From Octopus sinensis (taxonomy: Eukaryota), in the NCBI RefSeq assembly GCF_006345805.1, contig NC_043002.1, forward strand, positions 116,994,001 to 117,058,000: a stretch of 64,000 bases of DNA, given 5' to 3'. A program made the position numbers and the translations under genes. The notes below the pieces were generated by a model. That model worked only from the letters and a program-made list of their open reading frames with translations. It had not been told where the DNA came from and searched no databases. Positions 55,753 through 64,000 of this stretch are shown piece by piece (within the stretch, counting starts at the first letter, position 1; each line of letters opens with the position of its first letter).

Positions 55753-55901
55753 TATGCGTGGTGCCTCAGCCTGTACCTTCTAGCAGAGCCACAAGACACT
55801 GCACTTGGTGAGATAATTCGGTGGACTCTGTGGAAGCCATTGTGCGCAGTTGTACATATACACACACACACATTACAACACACACACACACACACACCAC
55901 A

Positions 55902-55988
<87 letters not shown>

Positions 55989-56289
55989 TGGAAATGTTGT
56001 TTCTGGTGCGATTATACCTGCATTAGTGTAATAACTTCTTTGATACGTTTACATCCCGTCCTTATATTTCCTTTAGCTTGCCAGGGTGGCGAATAGTATA
56101 CGTAGAATATATACCAAATAGGAGTATATGTATGTATGTATATATGTATGTATGTATGCATGCATGTATGTATGCATGTATGTATGTATGTATGTGTATA
56201 TACATATATATACATACATATACATATACATATATATATATATATAAATATATAATATATATATGTTTCATATTTACTTATTTTGGAGC

Positions 56290-56327
<38 letters not shown>

Positions 56328-56984
56328 AATTCAATTGTAAAATCATGTTTAATCTAATGCGCTTTATTTCAAGGTATTGGTGATGATGTACACGTATTTT
56401 GACATTCTCGAGCGCGATATGAAATTGAACATTATTTACTGAAATCAGTGAAATGGTATTGTATTTTATGAATTTTTAACTAAAGAGGTTAGGGGGTGCA
56501 GAGAGGAGGGAGAGAGATAGAAAGAAGGTGAGAAAGGTTGATGTCTCTCCATCACAGAATCTTATCTAAAAGCTAGAAAGAGAATGAGAAAAACAGAAAA
56601 TGTGAGGCAGAGGGGAAAGAGAGGGATAAACACACACACATATGGATATATATATATATATATATACAGAAAGAGGAAAAAAAGAGTGAGAATATTCTCT
56701 TCTCTTTCCCAATTCAGGATTTGATGGCCTTTCTCAAATTCAAATATGTACAGAATATTCTTGGGCATTTTAGCCACTTTCATTCGGTTTTTATATACTC
56801 TTATAAAAGGAAATACATTCCCTAAATGGTATCTGAAATAATTCAACTGTCGAAAATATTTCATTTATATCATATGCATTTCACAGTTATGAAGGTAATT
56901 AAAAGTTTCATTATATACATTAATACGAAATAAATACGAAATGACTAATACAAGATTTTGACCAAATTGTATAATAATAATTGT

Positions 56985-57135
56985 TTTGTCGTCAGTTCAA
57001 ATTTCACTGACATCAAGTTTGTCCTTCGTCTCCCCGTAGCCATATAAATAAAGTACCTGCCAGTTACTGCAGTCGATGGCGTCGACTAATACCTTCCCTC
57101 AAGACTGCTGATCTTGTCCTCAAATTAGAAACAGC
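56985..57135 (+). mobile_element. Old family A SINE fragment
   Basis: gttcaaatttcactgac..tttgtccttc..taaataaagtacc..gtcgatggcgtcgact. Confidence 0.6.
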
Positions 57136-57214
57136 TATCATTTTTATTTCATATAAGCACAACAGCTTAGACTGCTGTAAAAAAAGAAAATTCATAACAG
57201 TGGACTACAATGAG

Positions 57215-57315
57215 TAACCTTAGATGCCGAGAACCTTCCTAAGAACCCTAGATGTTCTTAATAATACTGTTTTCTGGAGCTGCACTCAACTAGGTTTTAT
57301 GCCACTTTCCTACTT
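57215..57315 (-). mobile_element. R4/Dong-group LINE extreme 3' coding fragment
   Basis: VQLQKTVLLRTSRVLRKVLGI*, abutting (ATT)n at 57318. Confidence 0.6.
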
Positions 57316-57371
57316 GATTATTATTATTATTATTATTATTATTATAATTATTATTATTATTATCATTATCA

Positions 57372-57428
<57 letters not shown>

Positions 57429-58086
57429 GAAATCGAAAAACAAATCCCTTCAAAGGCGATGGAATGAAAACATTAAGGAATTCGACATTTTACATCTCTT
57501 TCTAATTTAATAAGAAAATTCCGAGAGTATATTCAATATACTTCTCTTAGTGTCTCGCTATTTCATTTGACAAATTTTATCTATCTTATTGATTAAAAAC
57601 TATGAAATCAATTACTATCTCACTTTAAATGCATACAACATAAGTAATCTTCAACTTGATATATTGAAAGAATCATGATATAAACTTAGATACCTATATT
57701 TTGATTAAAATTATGATTTATATTACCTTTATTGCTCCAAAATAAGCATGAAATAGATGATACGTGATTCTACTGTTGAATTTCAATTATCTTTATAACT
57801 AATTTAGCTACGAAATAAGTAATGCGATAGAGAGATTTCTTTCACAAGAGTAAAATGATGGACAAATCCGAAAAGAAACGCATAGAAGTAACATAGAAAT
57901 TTCTCTTGTTAATATGAGATATTGTACATCTTGTATTTCAGATGATAGCCACTGATAGAACACAGAGACCAGAAGCAATTATATACTTGCATTTTTATTC
58001 TCAATAAATGCATTCACACTTAAATATGATAGTAACCAAACCATGAGAAAAGGGCTTACAAGGAAAATAATCCGTAAAAATATGAA

Positions 58087-58087
<1 letters not shown>

Positions 58088-58117
<30 letters not shown>

Positions 58118-58325
58118 CACACATACATACATTCATACATACATTCACACATACATACATACACATACATACATACATACATACATACACACATACATAC
58201 ACACATACATACACACATACATACATTCATACATACATTCACACATACATACATACATACATACATACATACATACATACATACATACATACATACATAC
58301 ATACATACATACATACATACATACA
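58088..58325. repeat. (CATA)n microsatellite
   Basis: Directly visible. Confidence 0.98.
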
Positions 58326-58699
58326 TCTATGATTAGAAACAGCAAAGCTTTCTTACTAAAATATCAAATATGCAAATTATAACTATTTACACTATAGTCA
58401 TATAACAATTGAAAAGACATTTCGTATTTCTGGACTCAGGGACATTCGATTCAAGAACGTTGTTGTATGCATTTAAATATAATTGTTTGGTGTATATATT
58501 TATGACGGAAAATAGCATATATATATCATTTATTTCTTTATTTATAAATGCGCGCGTGTGTGTGTACGTATGTATGTGTCTGTGTGTGGCCACATGTAAA
58601 AAGTTTGGAAATAGTATATACATATTAACACATTATCGATCTATCCATCTATTTCTATATATATATATATGTTCATACATATATATGTACAAGCTATAT

Positions 58700-58730
<31 letters not shown>

Positions 58731-58970
58731 GTGTGTGTGGGGGGGTATATACGTTTATACATATATATGTATATGTATAAGTTTACACACACACATATAT
58801 ATATATAAACATTTATAATTTTTTATTCGGCAGAGTTTCATTATGGGCCTTGAACGAAACTGCCCTTCGATCGTCTCGAAAATTGTTCGATTAAAATTAT
58901 ATATACATGCGTGTGTGTGTGTCTGCCTGTTTCTGTGCCTGTGTACGTGGATGTGTGTGATTGTATACAT

Positions 58971-59036
<66 letters not shown>

Positions 59037-59169
59037 AAATATATATATATATATATATTTTTAGAGAGAGAGAGATTCATAAATATATGTGTGCGTATGT
59101 ATGTATGTATGTATGTATGTATGTATACATATGTTTAGCTCATAAGGCCAAAAGCGAGAAGTGAGAAGG

Positions 59170-60150
59170 TGAGAAGCTCGATGTTCAAATAACGAAAATT
59201 CAGAATAATCGAAAAGTTGAAATCCTGAATACTTAAAACATCGACTTTTGAAACATTTTAGAAGAAAATATGAAGAAATGCCCTAAAAGTGATTTAATTA
59301 CCTTTTTAAGTGTGAGTTTATTTGGGAATGATGTAAATTACTTTTTTATTACCTTACATTGAAATAGATATTTTAATATAAAATGTCAAAAGAAACGTTA
59401 TTAAAAACATACAGTTTAAAAAAAAAAGCTTTTATTTGTAATTCTTTTTTTATATTGTGTCAAAATAACGAAGGTAATCCTGATAAGCTGAACGTATTTT
59501 CTTTACAATAAATATAAACATGTATGGCAGAGATACGCTATTAAAAACAAACTGACCCTCAAATAGTTTGCCTGTCGAATACTACTGTTCTCTAAATTCT
59601 CTCATTATTGCTTATTTTCCTTCTTTTTATACAAACATAAGCCTACGATACGATTAAAATGTTAAATTTTGTGACGACTGAAGTCTCGTGCTCATTTTCG
59701 TATTAGTTAGCTGTTATTCTTTCACTATGTAATACCAATGTGTTAATATTGCTTAATCGTCTGGTTCATTTGGGTTTGCATTGAAAGCCAAGAAGGAAAA
59801 TGTGCAATAATTAGAATATAAAGAAGACAGTATTCAATAAATACACCATTTTAGTTTTTGCTTCTGTCTTCGAAATTGTATTCCTGGCCGCAATATGCAT
59901 TTTCTTCGTATTTACTTTTTCTTTTTACTGAGTAAATATGCTCACCATATTCTGCTTGTTATTATTCTATTGTAGCATATTAAAAACAATAAATATACAA
60001 TAATAACTCAGTAAAATAAACTACCTTTTAAAATCTAAATAAACGTCTTTTAAAGATATTTTGCCCCAAATCTTTCAAAATTCGGTGTTTGAGTATTCAG
60101 GCTTTCTAGCTTTATATACTATGATTCATTGGGTCCTTTGAAGCTCGGTC
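59170..60150. mobile_element. Possible non-autonomous DNA transposon with long decayed inverted repeats
   Basis: aaagttgaaatcctgaatacttaaaacatcgacttttgaaa (~59215-59255) matches the reverse complement of ttcaaaattcggtgtttgagtattcaggctttctagcttt (~60074-60114), roughly 75% by eye. Confidence 0.45.
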
Positions 60151-60210
60151 TTTGAGATAGGCGTCCACACACACATATATTTGTGTGTGTTTATATATTT
60201 TTATATATAC

Positions 60211-60241
<31 letters not shown>

Positions 60242-60698
60242 TACACACACACATAGAGACATATGCATACATGTATATAACGGAGTTATACAAATTGCAT
60301 ACGTGTATGTAAATATATGCGTATATACGTGTGCGGCATGTATGCATGTATGGACATACTAATAAAAAATATCGATATATAATATATATTATATACATGT
60401 ATTTATATAGAATGACATAGATATATAAAATATTTTGACACATACATTCGTGCATATCCTAAATATGTATCTTTCCCACTCCATCCCCTCTCTCTCTTTC
60501 TCTCAATATATATACATGCATATATGTATATATATATGTATGTTATATGTATTTATATATATATATCCGTATATAGATATATGTATATATAAGTATATAC
60601 ACATATAGATATATACATACATATATATATATATATCCGTATATAGATATATCCGTATATAGATATATATATGTATATATAAGTATATACATATAGAC

Positions 60699-60788
<90 letters not shown>

Positions 60789-63700
60789 GATGTGCAAGCT
60801 TATGTTGTGAATAGGAATTTGGAAGATATATCTATACTTGCATAAAAACTGCTTCAAAGCAGCGTTCCTTAATCTTATTTCTCAATCTGATATTTCTACA
60901 AATAGACTATATATCTTTGTAAGAAGTATAAAAATCGAAAAACATCTCCAAAATATCTGCCACAACATTCGTGAACCAACATTTATTGTTTTTCCAATAA
61001 CATACGTATTCTTAACTTTATGCCTGTCCAACATATATTTTTTTATGTTCGAATAACTATATGAATATCCTTAATCTGTTTAGATTGTTGTTCTGTATAG
61101 GTGTAACTGATTTGTCATATCATCTCACTTTGTAAGAATATAATTCTTTATATCATTGTCATTTATGAAGTTATGAAAGTCCTAATTAAGGTTCTCTTAA
61201 CAAGTACAAGATATTCCACAAGAATCAAATATAAATTTATATCAAATTGATATTAGTTGGTACAATGATAAGTTTTTCTTCGTCGGAACAACTACTAATC
61301 TAGGCCAAACATGCTCCAGTAATTTTCCAGATTTGACAAGAGTATAAGTGTCCCTGTGGATTAATATTTGCTAATTTTAACTTGGTAGAAGAGATCGTCG
61401 TGAAGTGGTATAATAAATGTCACGTAGAAGATATGACGAAGTACACAGGCTGAGTAGTAGCCACGATAGACTGTTAGCATACCAGCGTGGTGGCGGACAT
61501 GACATAACCACGATAGATTGCTAGCAGACCAGCGCGCCTCTGGAGTGCCAATAACTGCAGGGAACCAGCCGGAAATCAGAGGCAGGCGGCAGGAAAGGAA
61601 TCGGGAGTAGAAATCCATGATGGTGGGTGTAATTATGGTCGTAGGGAAATGTATGATAAACTTTATATGATGTTGAACTATTATACATAGTTGCAACTGC
61701 TGAAATATTAATAAAAGTATTAAGTATGTATCTATTTATACAATTATTTATTTGTAGTTTTCTTCCAAGATCAGTGAATCAAAGAAAATAACATAAAATC
61801 TACCTGAAACGATTTAGTAGAACCAGAACACGATAAGTTGTCACAAATGAGACATAAAAATTCGTCATGCTTTATGTTCATTCAAAACTTTTAAACATAC
61901 ATTTATTTTAACATATAAATTTACTTATAAATGTGTGCATGTTTGTACGTGGAAGTATTGCACGAGTGTTTGCATAAACCCGTTTACAGTATAGTGTATA
62001 CATAATTTCTGTTATTTCTAACACTTTCATTATAATTTTCATTATAATCATAATCATCTCAAGATTCTTTTAATACATCGCAACCTTGTCGCAGTGATAA
62101 CTTCTTAGAGTACCATAACACACCTAGGTACCTTCATCTATCCATTTCCACTGAAACTGTATAATATACCATAAAAAGTATTATGCTAAAATTTACTTAT
62201 CATCTGTGACTTATGCATCTGATCGACAAACCACGTGCACTGGCATCAGCATGGAAAGAAACCCTGCCTGAAAAGTGACTTCTTCGATCTTATGATTATT
62301 AAAATCAATAAATAAACAGAAATAAAATGTACTCGGATTTTATGCATCTTATATACACTAAGACAATAATTTGTGGCCACCATACATGATTGAAATCGTA
62401 CATCAGTTAGTCTCCAATAAATTTATAATATGGTTTGTTTTTGTTAAATATATCTCTAAATTCATTCAATCAATTTATATGCATGCACAATAAAAATACA
62501 GAGTGAAAATGCAACTCAGGTTTTAACAAATATTTTCAAAGAAAATTTAAAATACTGAAACACTGGTATATGCTGCCTCTTAGCACCTTAGAGGCAACAT
62601 ACAAAATATGATTAGTTATATCAGCTAAGACAGCAATGTATTGCTCTTCGAAAGAAATATTAGCTGCCAATGAAAACCAACAGCATTTGAGGCTACAATT
62701 AAATATGCAATATTGATAATTAATGCCTCAATTGAAAGCGAAAAACAAATCATTCTCACCAAGTTTAAAAAGAAAAATATCTTGCAGATTTAGGGTGGTT
62801 ACAGCTGCCAGAGAGAGTTTGAAACGGTGATATCATAGACTACAGAGAGATGAATAGGAAGCAGAAATGCTTGATTTAGCGTAGGTCCAAAAAACAGACG
62901 CTGAGAGAGAGAGTAATAACATCAAAAGTTAGAGAAATTGTAGCAGTCAAAATTTAACAAAAGAGCCGTTTTACAGAATCATATGTACATACGACTATAA
63001 CTAATGTAATATTTATACAAGGAATAACAGAAGCGGCTTTTAGACTTATGTGAATGAGTGAACGGTATAAACTGTTGGGTTTTGGAAACATTTAGTCATT
63101 GTAAAGACTGTGTTAAAAGTATCTGATATTCCTGATAATTAACATTTCATGCAAGGTATCACTTCAAGGAATTAAGTTACATACATACATACATACATAC
63201 ACACACACACATACATACATACATACATACATACATACATACATACATACATACATACATCCGTGGTTTCCAGGTTTTATTCATATAGCAAATAAATCTA
63301 CCGTATTTACGTCCAAATTTAATTATATTTATTTTCGATCTTCGAAACCTTTTGGGGTTCGCATTGCACTGGGCCATGGTACTGATCTCATTTGAAAATA
63401 CACCCTTTTTTACCAAGTATTATATAGTTCTGAAATTCCCTTGTTGACTAGAAGTACAATGTGGAAAGCAAATGAAGAGTATATACACACACATACATTC
63501 ACGCACTCATATACACACAGACACACATACATGTATATGTATGCATGTGTGTGTATATGCATGTATACATACAAACATATATACATATATATATATATAT
63601 AAGTCTGTATGGAAAGAGGTTGTGCTTTACTAGGTATAAATTTTATCCAAGCGTACGTCAGTTTAGCTCTGTATCGATTAACGATACTGCAAATTCTACA

Positions 63701-63802
63701 TGTTCATATGCACTAGTGTTTATCATTGGTTCTTCTTCGATATTAGTACCTTACACTTCTGAATTTCCAGTGGTCGGTATAGAGGAAATCTCCAATATAT
63801 AA

Positions 63803-63919
<117 letters not shown>

Positions 63920-63928
63920 TATATATAC

Positions 63929-63964
<36 letters not shown>

Positions 63965-64000
63965 GTGTATATTATATATATATATATATACATACACACA

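Noticed and set aside
61458-61534. CRISPR-like repeat-spacer-repeat
   Set aside because: Only two imperfect units, a 17-nt spacer, eukaryotic context and no cas genes.

Overview
AT-rich eukaryotic (animal) genomic DNA. It is most likely an octopus intron or intergenic region; this is inferred from the recalled look of its SINE families and the density of (TA)n/(CATA)n/(ATT)n microsatellites, not from a database match. No intact gene is visible, and most ORF-track entries are microsatellite artefacts. The window is a stack of decayed mobile elements: a Helitron helicase remnant, three to four Penelope-like elements (PLEs) within about 8 kb, Tx1/L1-type and R4/Dong-type LINE fragments, two mariner remnants, two tRNA-derived SINE families, and a ~550-bp non-coding element (family B) present five times in (ATT)n tracts. 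Two candidate coding exons at 42913-43193 hint at a + strand host gene. The most interesting signals are RNA-level: three different minimal hammerhead ribozymes with palindromic helix III, a PLE terminal repeat that joins a tRNA-like Pol III promoter, (AAT)n and a hammerhead, two ~115-nt near-perfect fold-backs, and a polarity-consistent pile-up of Dong-like LINEs and family B in (ATT)n SINE tails.
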